A program made the translations under genes and the position numbers. A DNA stretch of 64,000 nucleotides, from assembly GCF_009914755.1 (NCBI RefSeq), contig NC_060929.1; one strand, written 5' to 3'. The DNA comes from the human T2T-CHM13v2.0 reference genome, Homo sapiens. Every line of letters starts with the position of its first letter. The stretch's first letter is position 1. The notes below the pieces were generated by a model. That model had not been told where the DNA came from. It did no database searches and saw nothing but the letters and a program-made list of their open reading frames with translations. This document shows positions 14,696-47,665 of the stretch, one piece after another.

Positions 14696-17600
14696 TTATG
14701 TTTCCTGATTAATAAAAATTAATATGTCTTAGTTTCAGTGAAAGGCTGAGTAAGTGTTCTAGAGTAAAGGAGACTAAAGGGACAAGATAGAATCTTGGTT
14801 CTGGCAGGATAGTGTTGCTACAAAGGATAACATTGAAATAATCAGTGAAAACTGAGTATGGACTGTGTATCAGGTGATAGTATTTTTTTCTCTTTTTTTA
14901 AAGTAGAGGCAGCACATGGAAGCTGACATCGTGAATTTTTGCCCCAGAACAACTGCAGGAATAAATCAGGTCCTCTCAGGAGAGGACCCACAGACCTCCT
15001 GAAGGAAGCAGATTGCTCCTGCAGGACCAGGGAGACACCTCAAATACTGTGAGTGCCAAAACTGTGGAAGTGGGAAAGGGAGATGGTCCACCCCGAACAC
15101 ACCCACTGGGGAAACTGAAGGCCTAGATTATGGGAGAAGATTTCGACCCTATCTGGAACTGAGTCAGTTTAGCGAGCTGAGTGAAATACAGGGGTAGAGG
15201 AAGCAGCAGGAAAACCCCTGGGAGCTCCCTGGGTCCCCTAGCAACCTGTTTCTGCCTGGTCTCACAGGGGTCCTCCAGGAGAGCGGCCAGAGGTGCTGGG
15301 CCAAGGCCACAGGGAGAAGGAAATCTCCAGCTGAACTCTGTAACAATTTGAACTGATAGAGAAGCCTCCTGGCCAGAACTCAGGGGAGGGTGTGAATCCA
15401 GTGTGCAGACTCCACAGGCTGGGGTAGAAGGAAAGGCATATTTGCTTTCACAGCTAGGAGGCGGGTAGCCTGGGGCAAGTTTTTAGCTCTGCTCTCCCAC
15501 TGCCTGGAAACAGACTAGGTGCTGTTGTAGGGTTGCACAGTGGGAGTGAGACCAGCCCTTTGGATTGCGTGGGAGCTGGGTGAGGCCTGTGACTGCCAGC
15601 TTTCCCCAACCTCTCTGACAACGTGCATGACACAAAAGAGGCAGCCATAATCCTCCTAGGTACACAACTCCATTGACCTGGGAACCTCAGCCCCATCCCC
15701 TACAGCAGCCACAGCAAGACCCGCCCAAGGAGAGTCTGAGCTCAGACACGCCTAGCCCTGCCCCATCTGATGGTCCTTCCCTACCCACCCTGGTAACTGA
15801 AGACAAAGGGCATACATTCTTGGGAGTTCTAGGGCCCCACCCACTGCCTGTTCCTCTCCATACTACCACAGCTGATGCTCTCTGGAAAGCGCCACCTCCT
15901 GGCAGGAGGCAACCAGCATAAAAGTAGGGCATTAAACCATCAAAGCTAAGAACCCTCATAGAGTCCATTTCACCCCTCTGCCACCTCCACTAGAACAGGT
16001 GCTGATATCCACAGCTGAGAGACCCACAGACGGTTCACATCACTGAACTCTGTGCAGACAGCCTCCAGTACTGGCCCAGAGCCTGGTAGACTTGCTGGGT
16101 CGCTAGATCCAGAAGAGTTATAATAATCACTACAGCTCAGCTCTCAGGAAGCCACATACATAGGAAAAGGGGGAGAGTACTACATCAAGGGAACACCCCA
16201 TGGGACAAAAGAATCTGAACAACAGCCTTCAGCCCTAGACCTTCCCTCTGACAGAAACTACCAAAATAAGAAGGAACCAGAAAACCAACTCTGGTAATAT
16301 GACAAAACAAGGTTGTTTAACACCCCCCAAAAAAATCATACTAGCTCACCAGCAATGAACCCAAACCAAGAAGAAATCCAGATTTACCCAAAAAAGAATT
16401 CAGGTGGTTAGTTGTTAAGCTAATCAGGGAGGCAGCAGAGAAAGGTGAAGCCCAGTGTAAGCAAATCCAAAATATGATACAAGAAGTGAAGAGAGAAATA
16501 TTCAAGGAAATAGATAGCATAAATAAAAAACAATCAAAACTTTTGGAAACAATGGACACACTTATAGAAATGCAAAATGCCCTGGAAAGTCTCAGCAATA
16601 GAATTGAACAAGTAGAAGAAAGAAATTCAGAGCTCAAAGACAAGGTCTTTGAATTAACCCAATCCAATAAAGACAAAGAAAAAAGAATAAGAAAATATAA
16701 ACAAAGCCTCCAAGAAGTCTGGGATTATGTTAAATGACCAAATATAAGAATAATTGCTGTTCTTGAGAAAGGAGAGAAATTTAAAAGTTTGGAAAACATA
16801 TTTGGGGGAATAATTGAGGAAAACTTACCCAACCTTGCTAGAGACCTAGACATCCAAATGCAAGAAGCACAAAAACACCTGGAAAATTCATCACAAAAAG
16901 ATCATCGTCTAGACACATTGTCATCAGGTTATCTAAAGTTAAGATGAAGGAAAGAATCTTAACAGCTGAGAGACAAAAGCACCAGGTAACACATAAAGGA
17001 AAATCTATCAGATTAACAGCAGATTTCTCAGCAGAAAACCTACAAGCTAGAAGGGACTGAGGCCATATCTTCAGCCTCCTCAAACAAAACAATTATCAGC
17101 CAAGAATTTTGTATCCAGCAAAATTAAGCTTCATATATGAAGAAAAGATACAGTCTTTTTCAGACAAACAAATGCTGAGAGAATTTACCACTACCAACCC
17201 ATCAGTACAAGAACTGTTAAAAGGAGCTCTAAATCTTGACACAAATCCTGGAAACACATCAAAACAGAACCTCTTTAGAACATAAATCACACAAGACCTA
17301 TAAAACAAAAACACAATTAAAAAAAAAACATCAAGGTATACAGGCAACAAATAACATGATGAATGGAATGGTACCTCACATCTCAATACTAACATTGAAT
17401 GTAAGTGGTCTAAATGCTCCACTTAAAAGATAAAGAATTGCAGAATGAATAAGAATTCACCAACCATCTTATATGGGTATGAGGACTCACACAAACTTAA
17501 CGTAAAGGGGTGGAAAAAGATATTTCATGCAAATGGATACAAAAAGCACGCAGGAATAGCTATTCTTATATTAGACAAAACAAACTTTAAAGCAACAGCA

Positions 17601-17757
17601 GTTAAAAAAGACAAAGAGGGACATTATATAATGATAAAAGGCCTTGCCTAACAAGAAAATATCATAATCCTAAACATATATGCACCTAACACTGGAGCTC
17701 CCAAATTTATAAAACAATTACTAATAAATCTAAGAAAAGAGATAGACAGCAACATAA

Positions 17758-18303
17758 TGTTAAATACAGTGAGTTCTAAGTTTCTCTTCAAAGAATCAGT
17801 ATGTCAGTATGTTCAGTTCTTTGTTCTCCATTTTAAAGTTTAACTTCCTCATTCTCTTCTTCTCCTCGCCCCTAGTTTCAGTAAACAACCTTCCCACCAG
17901 TTCCAATCAGTAGTTCACATCTGTTCCCCTGGTCACCTGCTCCATCCTGAGTCAACCTTGGTCACCTGCTCTGACCTGAGTCACCTTTAGTCACCTGTTC
18001 CGTAACTGTCTTTACTGACGAAACTGCTCACCCCGCCACTCTGGCTCATACCCCTGCTCCTTTAAAATAGTCGGTCGGAATTAGCTTAGACTGTGTGGTT
18101 CAACACTCGCCAATAGGGGACTGACACAGCAGTAGGGACTACTTCCATCAAAGATAAGAACCCCTTCCCCTCCATTGTTCAGGTGTGCTCTCGCCATTGC
18201 TCCATCTGCAAGACACACCCCTCTATAGAAGTAAAATTGCCTTGCTGAGAAAATTTATGTTTGAGTGCTATTCCTTCTGCAGCAACAAAATTTATTTCTG
18301 ACA
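17758..18303 (+). mobile_element. LTR10-family (HERV-I/HERVIP10) solo LTR inserted in L1 ORF2
   Basis: TGTTAAATACAGTGAGTTCTAAGTTTCTCTTCAAAGAATCAGTATGTCAGTATGTTC...TTTCTGACA, TG/CA termini and a 4-bp TSD ATAA (17754-17757, 18304-18307). Confidence 0.85.
17928..18005 (+). promoter_or_regulatory. Array of about 29-bp repeats carrying AP-1 motifs within LTR10 (candidate enhancer)
   Basis: TGAGTCA at 17948-17954 and 17977-17983, TTAGTCA at 17987-17993, in repeated ggtcacctgctc units. Activity is not shown. Confidence 0.5.
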
Positions 18304-19289
18304 ATAATAATAGTGGGTAACCTCAATACTCCACTGACAGCACTAGATAGGTCATCAAGACAGAAAGTCAATAAAGAAACAATAGATTTAAAGATTTAAA
18401 CTATACCCTAGAACAGATGGACTTAACAGATATATACAGAACATTCCATCCAACAACCACAGAATATACACTCTATTCAATAGCGCATGGAACTTTCTCC
18501 AAGATAGAACATATGATAGGCCACAAAACGAACCTCAATAAATTTTAAAAAACTGTAATTACATCAAACACTCTCTGAGACCACAGTGGAATAAAACTGG
18601 AAATCAACTCCAAAAGGAACCTCCAAAACCATGCAAATACATAGAAATTAAATACCCTGCTCCTGAATGATCATTGGGTCAGAAATGAAATAAAGATGAA
18701 AATTTAAAAATTATTCGAACTGAACAACAATAGTGACACAACCTATCAAAACCTCTGGGACACAGCAAAGGCAGTGCTAAGAGGAAAGTTCATAGCCCTA
18801 AATGCCTACATCAAAAAGTCTGAAAGAACACAAACAGACAATCTAAGGTCACACCTCAAAGACCTAGAGAAACAAGAACAAACCAAACCCAAACCCAGCA
18901 GAAGAAAGGAAATAACCAAAATCAGAGCAGAACTAAATGAAATTGAAACAACAACAAATACAAAAGATAAATAAAGCAAAAAGCTGGTTCTTTGAAAAGA
19001 TAAATAAAATTGATAGACCATTAGCAAGATCAACCAAGAAAAAAGAGAGAAAATCCAAATAAGCTCAATAAGAAAAGAAACAGGAGATATTAAAATTGAC
19101 ATCACAGAAATACAAAAGATAATTCAAGGCTACTGTGAACATCTTTATGCACATAAATTAGAAAACCTAGAAGAGATGGATGAATTCTTGGAAAGATACA
19201 ACCCTCCTAGCTTAAATCAGGAAGAATTAGATACCCTGAACAGACCAATAACAAGCAGCAAGGTTGAAATGGTAATTTAAAAATTACCA

Positions 19290-22520
<3,231 letters not shown>

Positions 22521-22915
22521 AAGAAACTGTGATATATATATGATGGAATACTACTTGGCCACAAAAAGGAATGGATTAATGGCATTCACAGTGACCTGGA
22601 TGAGACTGGAGACTATTATTCTAAGTGAAGTAACTCAGGAACTGAAAACAAAACGTCGTGTGTTTTCATAAGCAGGAGCTAAGCTATGAGGATACAAAGA
22701 CCTAACAATGACACAATGGACTTTCGGGACTCAGAGGGCAAGGGTGGGAAGGCGGTGAAGGATAAAAGACTACAAATAGGGTGCAGTGTATACTGCTCAG
22801 GTGATGAGTGCACCAAAATCTCACAAATCACTAAAGATCTTACTCATGTAACCGAACACCACCTATTCCCCCAGTAAGCTATGGAAATAAAAAATTAAAA
22901 AATAAAATAAAATGA

Positions 22916-23035
<120 letters not shown>

Positions 23036-23689
23036 TAGTATTTTATCAGCATTAAATTTATTGAGTTACATTATCACTCTGTAGTTATTATCCTAACGTC
23101 CTTGTTCTTAAGATTATTTGCTATAGAGATGATGGGCCATAATCTCAACCACTTACTTTCATGTTTTCACGAAGAAAAGTTGTTTTAAAAATAAGAATAA
23201 GAAAGAAGTAAAATGAAAAATGAAACAGGTATCTTAGATATGTGTAAGTATTTGGCAATTTTGGTGAAACATTAACTAATCACTGACTACTCAGTGCCCA
23301 AATGTCTGTTTCAGGCAGTGTGTTCAAAGGTCCCATTCAAGGCAAATGCAATGAAGATCTGAGGTCTAGTGTCAGGTCAACATGAGTTGTAAAGTCAAAA
23401 GCATTCCAGAAGCCCCTTTCTCCACTAAATGCAGAGTTTAAGGGGTTCTATGAGCCAAAGTTTTGTGGAAGAACAAAGGGATTTGCAAAGCAAGTGCTTA
23501 TCAAAGTAAAGTTTAGAGGGACTCTAATAAAGACAAAAGCACTGGATGGTCCGTCCCAACCCTGCTTTCCACTTTTTACTGCAACCCAGCCCTCTAATTT
23601 CTAAATTTTTTGTATCTCTGACATTAAGAAATGAAGTCTTGAAAAGGTAAATCTATAATGCAGGGTCAACTGGCTTTATGTCTTTTTTC

Positions 23690-23985
23690 TTTTCTTTTTT
23701 TTTTGAGATACCATTGGGCTCTGTTACCTAGGCTGGTATACAGTGGTGTGATCACAGCTCACTGTAACCTTGACCTTCTGGGCCGAAGCAATCCTTCCAC
23801 CTCAGCCTCCAGAGTAGCTGGGACTACAGGCACATGCCACTACTCTAGGCCAAGTTTTGTATTTTTTGTAGAAATAGAGTTTCACTGTATTTCCCAGGCT
23901 AATCTCAGACTCCTGGGCTCAAGCAATCAGCCGACCTCAGCCTGCCAAAGTGCTGGCATTACAGGTATGAGCCACCATGCCTGGT
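23690..23985 (-). mobile_element. AluJ
   Basis: Diverged reverse Alu; TSD actggcttta(t/c)gtctt. Confidence 0.88.
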
Positions 23986-24392
23986 TACTGGCTTTACGTC
24001 TTAAAGACACCGTATCAGAGCTGACCTCACTGGCTCTGAGTCTTTGAACTGGTGATTGGAGACCAAGTAACAGGCAGGTATACGAGGTTGGTCTAGGGAA
24101 AAAACACCTGTTTTGTGAATTTCAGGTCTCTGACAGCTTCCTCTACAAAGAGTCACCTCCTGAGATGTGGGAAAGGAGTGACAATGTGTTGTACTGACAC
24201 TGCATCTAAGTTTCAAAGCCAGTGTGGTATTTCTCCAAAGCCCAAATTCCTAGCCTAAATGTCCTGCTGCCACATCAATGCCCCATACAATCTGGCCCTG
24301 TACTTTTGTCCCTTATCCAACCTACATGCATACTATTCCTTCAAACGTAGCTTAATTTTTAGCTATATCTAAATTACCTACCCCTCACTTAA

Positions 24393-24841
<449 letters not shown>

Positions 24842-25615
24842 CAACTCTTTTTTTTCTAACTTCTCCAAGCAGAGGTTGTTCTCCCACATTAAGACCTTAT
24901 ACAGACTTTTATTATAATTTGTATTATTTTCCTTTTTATTTTTGATTAGTTTTCATGTCTGTCCTTTTGATTAGATGTAAACTCCTTCAAAGCCAAAACT
25001 GAGTCATAGCAATTGTTTTTTTTTTTCCTGTGGTCCACTATTTCAATTCCTTTCCTGTCAGCACAGGTTTCTCCTTATACAATACCAGCCCCGCAAAGTG
25101 TCTTCTCCTTTTCAATTTCAACACCCACACCCAACTTTTTCATGGAATTTGCTCCCTTCCTATTCAGGTGTGTACTCTTTTAATTACTGATCCCTAAACA
25201 CTTGGAGCAACAAGAGGTCTAACTCCATCACCTTGCAGTAGAATGCTGACAGGTAGCCAGAGCATCAGTGGAGGTGCACTTCCTTTCTGGATCACTCAGC
25301 CTGATGTTTCTTTCCATTCACTGGCTATTGTATGACGTATCTGTGGTGCTTACAGCCCAGGTTGGTCTGGAACACATCCATTTCCCTACTTATGATGGTA
25401 GAATGGATAGTTTGGGTATGGAAGGAAGCCCCTCAGTTGGATGAGGCTGTGAAGAAACAAGGGCAGGGATGCAAATAGAAGTGGAGACTGGAGTGGAAGG
25501 CCATTGTGTTAATTAGCTTGATTGCTGAGAAGATACAAAAAAATGAGTGACTGGGAAGAGGCAAGAGCCACACCTGGCCCCATCTGTTGCATGTTACTTA
25601 TTGCGTTAGCCTTGT

Positions 25616-25616
<1 letters not shown>

Positions 25617-25697
<81 letters not shown>
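25617..25697. repeat. Compound (TC)n(AC)n(TC)n(AC)n microsatellite
   Basis: Seen directly. Confidence 0.97.
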
Positions 25698-25699
<2 letters not shown>

Positions 25700-25919
25700 C
25701 ACCTGAAAGGTGTTCCATGAGGTGTATTGTCCAGCCTGAGTTTTCCCCAGGAATAGGTAGGAGTGTGGAGCCCTATAGAATGGAAAATATGGATGTATGT
25801 CCTAGTTACAGTTGAAGGAGTGTCTGGGTGGGGGTGTAAACTATAAAGCAATTCTGTCATGGGAAGATGGATAACCAGTTTTCCTGGTAATAGGTAGAGT
25901 AAAAGAGTAATCTCAGTTG

Positions 25920-28520
<2,601 letters not shown>

Positions 28521-28682
28521 ACGAGAGGAAGTATATAGCCCCATCTATGCCAAAAGATGCATCTTGAATCTAATCAAGATAATAAATCTAACTACCAGTT
28601 TATAGGAAATATGGGAGCCAGAGGAACATGTTAAACAATGCCACAAAGATACAATCAGCCAAATCCAGGATACAAGATATTA

Positions 28683-29225
<543 letters not shown>

Positions 29226-29451
29226 CTAGGTCATCTAGGCTAGTCTCAAATTCTTGGCTTCAAGTGATCCTCTAGCTTTGGCTTCCCAAAGTGCTGGGAT
29301 TACAGAAATATGCCACTGCACCTAGCCAGAAGAAGAATGTTTAAAAAGGAAGTGATTGGATATTATTTGGATCCTGATGTAAACAAACTGCAAAAGATAT
29401 TTTGACACAATCAGGCAAATGTGAACATCTGTTGGGTATAAGGTGATATTA

Positions 29452-29741
<290 letters not shown>

Positions 29742-29771
29742 TCAAAAAAAAAGAAAGAAAGAGAGAGAGAA

Positions 29772-29835
29772 GGAAGGAAGGAAGGAAGGAAGGAAGGAAG
29801 GAAGGAAGGAAGGAAGGAAGGAAGGAAGGAAGGAA
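29772..29835 (+). repeat. (GGAA)16 microsatellite in an Alu tail, inside a long polypurine tract (about 29744-29892)
   Basis: 64 bp of uninterrupted GGAA counted directly. Confidence 0.95.
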
Positions 29836-29947
29836 AGAAAACGAAAGAAAGAAAGAAAAAGAAACAAACAAAGAAAGAAAGAAAGAAAAAGAATTGGGGC
29901 TGGGAGCGGTGGTTCATGCCTGGTGACAGAAACAGACTCCATCTCAA

Positions 29948-29979
<32 letters not shown>

Positions 29980-30164
29980 AGAAATAACGGGCTGGTGCAG
30001 TGTCTCATGCCTGTAATCCCAGCACTTTGGGAGGCTGAGACAGGTGGATCAGCTGAGGTCAGGAGTTCAAGACCAGCCTGGCCAACATGGCGAAACCCTG
30101 TCTCTACTAAAAGCACAAAAATTAGCTGGGCGCAGAGGTGGGCACCTATAATCCCAGCTACTCA

Positions 30165-30992
<828 letters not shown>

Positions 30993-31222
30993 TTATATGT
31001 TAGTTACATACACACTGAAGAATTTACAGGTAAAATGACATGACATTTGAGATTTGGTTTAAAATAATTTAGAGAAAAGGAAAAAGAAAGGTAGAATAGC
31101 TGGCAAAATGTCAACAATTGGCTGGGTGCAGTGGTTCATGCCTGTAAACCTAGCACTTTAGGAGGCCAAGGTGGGAAGATTGCTTGAGCCCAACAGCTCA
31201 AGGCTGCAGTGAGCTGTGATCA

Positions 31223-31588
<366 letters not shown>

Positions 31589-32025
31589 TTAACAATTATC
31601 AAAGCAGGGTAATTAGGTGTAGGGAGAAAGTTATTATATTATTGTGTTTCTACTTTGGTATGTGTATATTTGAATTTTTTCATTATAAAAAGAATTTTTA
31701 ATAAATTATTAAAACATAAATAAAATTTGGGATTAATGCTAACTGAATTTTAATAACTGAAGGTAGAGCTGTGAAATCTACCCAAGATATTGAGGGAAAA
31801 AAAAGCAAGTTTCACCCCCACCGCCATCACCCACAACCGACAACAAAAAAGCAATAGAGAAGAATAAAACCATTTTAATGTTATGCCCTTCCGTCCGCCC
31901 TCTTCCCCCTCAAAAAAAGTGGATGCAGAAAAACAAATTGGAATGTTATCCGGTCATCTAGTCCAAGGACAGCTTGAGAGGGGGAAATGGCAGTGGAAAT
32001 GGATTAAAAAGTGTATGTGTTTAGG

Positions 32026-33600
32026 GGCCAGGCGCGGTCGCTCATGCCTGTAATGCCAGCACTTTGGGAGGCTGAGGCAGGTTGATTACTTGAGTCCAGG
32101 AGTTTGAGATGACTCTGGGCAACATAGGGAGACCCTCATCTTTAAAATAATAATAATAAAATAAATAAACAAAAAGAAAAAGTGTATGGGTTTTTTCACA
32201 AATGTACTATTTAATGTTGTAGATGTAGGGATCCCACAGGGATGCTACAGTGATCCACTGCTGGTAGCAGCCTGGATTTTAGCTCTCCCAAGTGTAAAGA
32301 TTTGAAGGGAGGGAGAATTAACTAAAACCCAGAGGGAAGAGTCATGTGGACTTGGCCTCCTGTAGAAGGGAAGTGGCTTTCAGTTGGGACACAGTCAGCT
32401 CCAGGCAACCTGACAGAGAGGGAGCCAGGGGAATCAATACCCTGGCCTCACGTTCCTCCCTCTGACCTCTGCAGAGATAATCAGTGGGTGAACCTCAGTG
32501 GAAGGCAGGGTGCAGCAGCCTTTGATACAGTCCTTACAGGCCTGCCTCCTGGGGCCTTGAGCAGGGCAGAGCAGGGTGGAGAGAGGACTGGGAGGGGCAA
32601 ACACAAGCTATCCAGGACAGGCTTCACAGTTTTTGCATGACCTGTGTTATGAGGTTCCTTGTGATCTTAACACTGCCTACCCGTCTCAGTTCCTGTCTGC
32701 CTATTCCCCCTGTAAAGTGGAGGCATAGAGGATAATAGTGTCTAATCCATCACACGAGGATGAAATGAGTTAACCTGTATAAAGCATTCAACTTGATATG
32801 TCAAGTGTTTTACAACAGCTAGCACTCAAAAATATTATGAAGAAGACTTTCTGGACATAGTTTCCTCTTTTTGCTTTTTCCTACTTTATTTTCTTTTTTT
32901 AATTGATGCATAATACAAATACATAGTTTCAAAGTATATGTGATAATTTAATACGTTCATACAGTTTGTAAATATCAAAGCAGTGTACTTGGAATATCCG
33001 TTACCTTAAATATTTGTCTTTATGCTGGAACCATTTTATTTACTTATTTATTTGGAGACAGGGTCTTGCTCTGTCACTCAGGCTAGAATGCAGTGGTGCA
33101 GTCATAGTTCACTGTAACCTGGGCTCAAACAATCCTCCTGCCTCAGCCTCCTGAGTAGCTAGAACTACAGTCATGTGCCACCACATCCTGCCTAGGCTAG
33201 AACCATTTTACTTTTTCTCTCCTAGCTATTTTGAAATGTACAATAAATTATTGTAAAGTAGTCACCCTACTGACCCAACTTACTAGATCTTATATAGTTC
33301 CATCTTTCTGAACATTTTTTCTTTCCAGGGACACTAGAAACCAGGTTTTTCCTACCACCTGGCACAGTACCTGAAACATAGTGGGTAGTCTATAAATATT
33401 TGTCCAGCGAATTAATGCTGAGTCTTTGTGCAAAGCATTTTAGTCCGCCTCATCTCAATTGTTACAGCAACCTTATAAGGTAAGTATCATTCTGTTTTAG
33501 AGATGAGGGTAGTAGAGGCTCAGCAGGACTCAATGACTTGTCCAGAGCAGACCCGGATTCAAAGTCAGGCTGATCTTACTCTAAAACTTGTGCTCTTTGC
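32026..33600. mobile_element. FLAM (32026-32170), LTR33-like LTR (about 32200-32619, minus), MIR (about 32660-32840), L1MA 3' end with FRAM (about 32885-33295, minus), L2/MIR remnants (33340-33600)
   Basis: Consensus-like termini (ggaggggcaaacacaagctatccaggaca; ttttaattgatgcataata...); FRAM TSD gct(g/a)gaaccatttta. Confidence 0.6.
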
Positions 33601-33979
33601 CCTGTGCCAGAGGCTGCAGGCAGTGAGGGCTTTCTGCAAAGGTGACCACTGGCCACCGAAGTGTCACCCTGACACTTCACTGTGACTCCCAAAGGGTGGG
33701 TCTCCATTCAACAGGAGCCAGATGACCATGTAGTCTGTATCTGACAATAGGCTCTTGGGGCGTAGACCTCTGAATCATCTTTGTGTCCCTATAAGATACC
33801 TTTTTACTGGGTGCTAACTAATGTCCATTGACTTAAATAATATAATAAAAGATAGACTATCTTCTTTTGCTCTTGTTAATGCTGCTTCCAATGCACTGTG
33901 GCCATTCCTGGCATTGAGGGTAGGGTTGGTTTGTGGGCACAAAGCCCAACCTTTAATTCCTAGTGTAGAGGATCAGGCC

Positions 33980-37249
<3,270 letters not shown>

Positions 37250-37439
37250 TTAGGCCCCACTTAGGGATGTGCCATCAAAGGAAACTCACACAGAGTCAGA
37301 GGAGCAGGGATGGGGTAGGGTCCTCTGGTCATTGACCATCTCTGCACACAGGCTACAGTGGAGTCAGCCCTTGTTCCTGTCTGTATAGCTCCTTCCAGTC
37401 TCGTGGCGCTGTACAGTCATGTCACACTCAGGCTACCAA

Positions 37440-37748
37440 GGTTTTTTTTTTTTTTTTGTCTGTTTATTTGTTTTTGAGATGAGGTCTCACTCTATCATTC
37501 AGGCTGGAGTGCAGTGACGCAAAATCGGATCACTGCAACCTCTGCTTCCTGGGCTCATGGGAACCTCCTGCCTCAGCCTCCTGACTACAGGTGCATGCCA
37601 CCATGTCCAGATAATTATTGCATTTTTTGTAGAGATGGAGTTTCACCATGCTGCTCAGGCCGGTCTTGAACTCTTGGACTCAAGCAATCTACCCGCTTTG
37701 TCCCCACAAAGTGCTAGGATTACAGACGTGAGCCACCGCGCCTGGCCT
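37440..37748 (-). mobile_element. AluJ immediately downstream of the RPL23A retrocopy stop codon
   Basis: Reverse Alu sequence. Confidence 0.88.
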
Positions 37749-37758
37749 GAATTCAGTT

Positions 37759-38197
37759 TTAGATGATTCCAATTTTGTTGGCAGTAACGAGTCCCAGTAC
37801 TCAGGGGCCAGTCCAGTATATGCCTTCTTGCCTCCATTAGGCTTTCCTCCATCAGGGTACGCACCATGTCAATATCATACAGTTTTTCTCAAAGACTGCC
37901 TGTTTTGAGGCTTGTTGGCCTTGGCATCTACAGTAAAAACCAGTCTGTTGTTTTCTCCACCTTCTTTGAGGTCAAGGGGAACTTAATGATGGCACTGTGG
38001 TTTCACTTGTTCCTCCTGAAAACACATTTTCTAGGGCCCTTTGGAGTCTCAGTGTGCTACACCCCTGGAGGGTGACTCATGGGCCTTCCTCAGGAGGCTG
38101 TGGCTGCCTTGTAGTGTGGCTTTCTTGGCCTACAAAGCCTTTGTTCTTGCCCTGATATTGTGATGGGCAGGAGGCTCCTCCTTTCCTTTGACATCAT
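37759..38197 (-). pseudogene. RPL23A: Highly decayed processed pseudogene of 60S ribosomal protein L23a
   Basis: Minus-strand fragments in RPL23A order: ...KAL.AKKA..., RRNK*NHSAIIKFPLT, LVFTVDAKANKPQ, LYDIDMV, PNGGKKAY..LAPEY, ANKIGII*. Intronless, with many frameshifts. Confidence 0.85.
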
Positions 38198-38277
38198 CTT
38201 TGTATAAAGGTCTTAACTCATTTAACTCACATTTATGATGCATGAAAGATCCTTGCCACGTTTATAAGAAATTTTCA

Positions 38278-39912
<1,635 letters not shown>

Positions 39913-39984
39913 CCTACTTTAGTATTTAGGGAAGCAAAGATGTCCGCATCCTAATCCCCAAAACCTACGAATATGTTAGGTTCT

Positions 39985-43092
<3,108 letters not shown>

Positions 43093-43515
43093 CTGTGAAA
43101 AGGGGGACTTAAATATAGCAGATAGTGTTAAGGTTGCTAATCAGCTGACTTTAAAAGAGAGGTTTTCCTGGATTATCTGGGGGGATCCAAAGTAATCACA
43201 GGATTCTTAAATGTGGAAGAAAGAAGTAGGAGTTTCACTGTCAGTGTCATAGTGATATGGTGATGCAAGAAAAACGTATAAAGAATGGGGCTGCAAGCCA
43301 AGGAATGCAGGCAGCCTATAGAAGCTAGAAAAGGCAAGGAAATGGATTCTCCCTGGATCCTCCAGAGGGAATGCTGCACTACCAAACACCTTGATTTCAG
43401 CTGAGTGAGTCTCATTTTGGACTTCTGACCTCCAGAAGTGTAACATGATAAATCATTGTTGTTTCTTTTTTTTTTTTTTTTTTGAGACAGAGTTTTTCTC
43501 TCACCCAGGCTATAG

Positions 43516-43668
<153 letters not shown>

Positions 43669-43788
43669 TAGCCAGGATAGTCTCGATCTCCTGACCTCAT
43701 GATCCACCCACCTCAGCCTCCCAAAGTGCTGGGATTACAGGCATGAAGCCAACACGCCCGGCAAATCATCGTTGTTTCAAGCCACTAA

Positions 43789-47665
<3,877 letters not shown>

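Noticed and set aside
17928-18005. Spaced short direct repeats as a CRISPR-like array
   Set aside because: Eukaryotic DNA, no unique spacers and no cas genes; this is the LTR10 internal tandem repeat.
23319-23334. HNF4/DR1-like motif gtgttcaaaggtcc in unique DNA
   Set aside because: A single short motif is expected by chance; there is no supporting evidence in the sequence.
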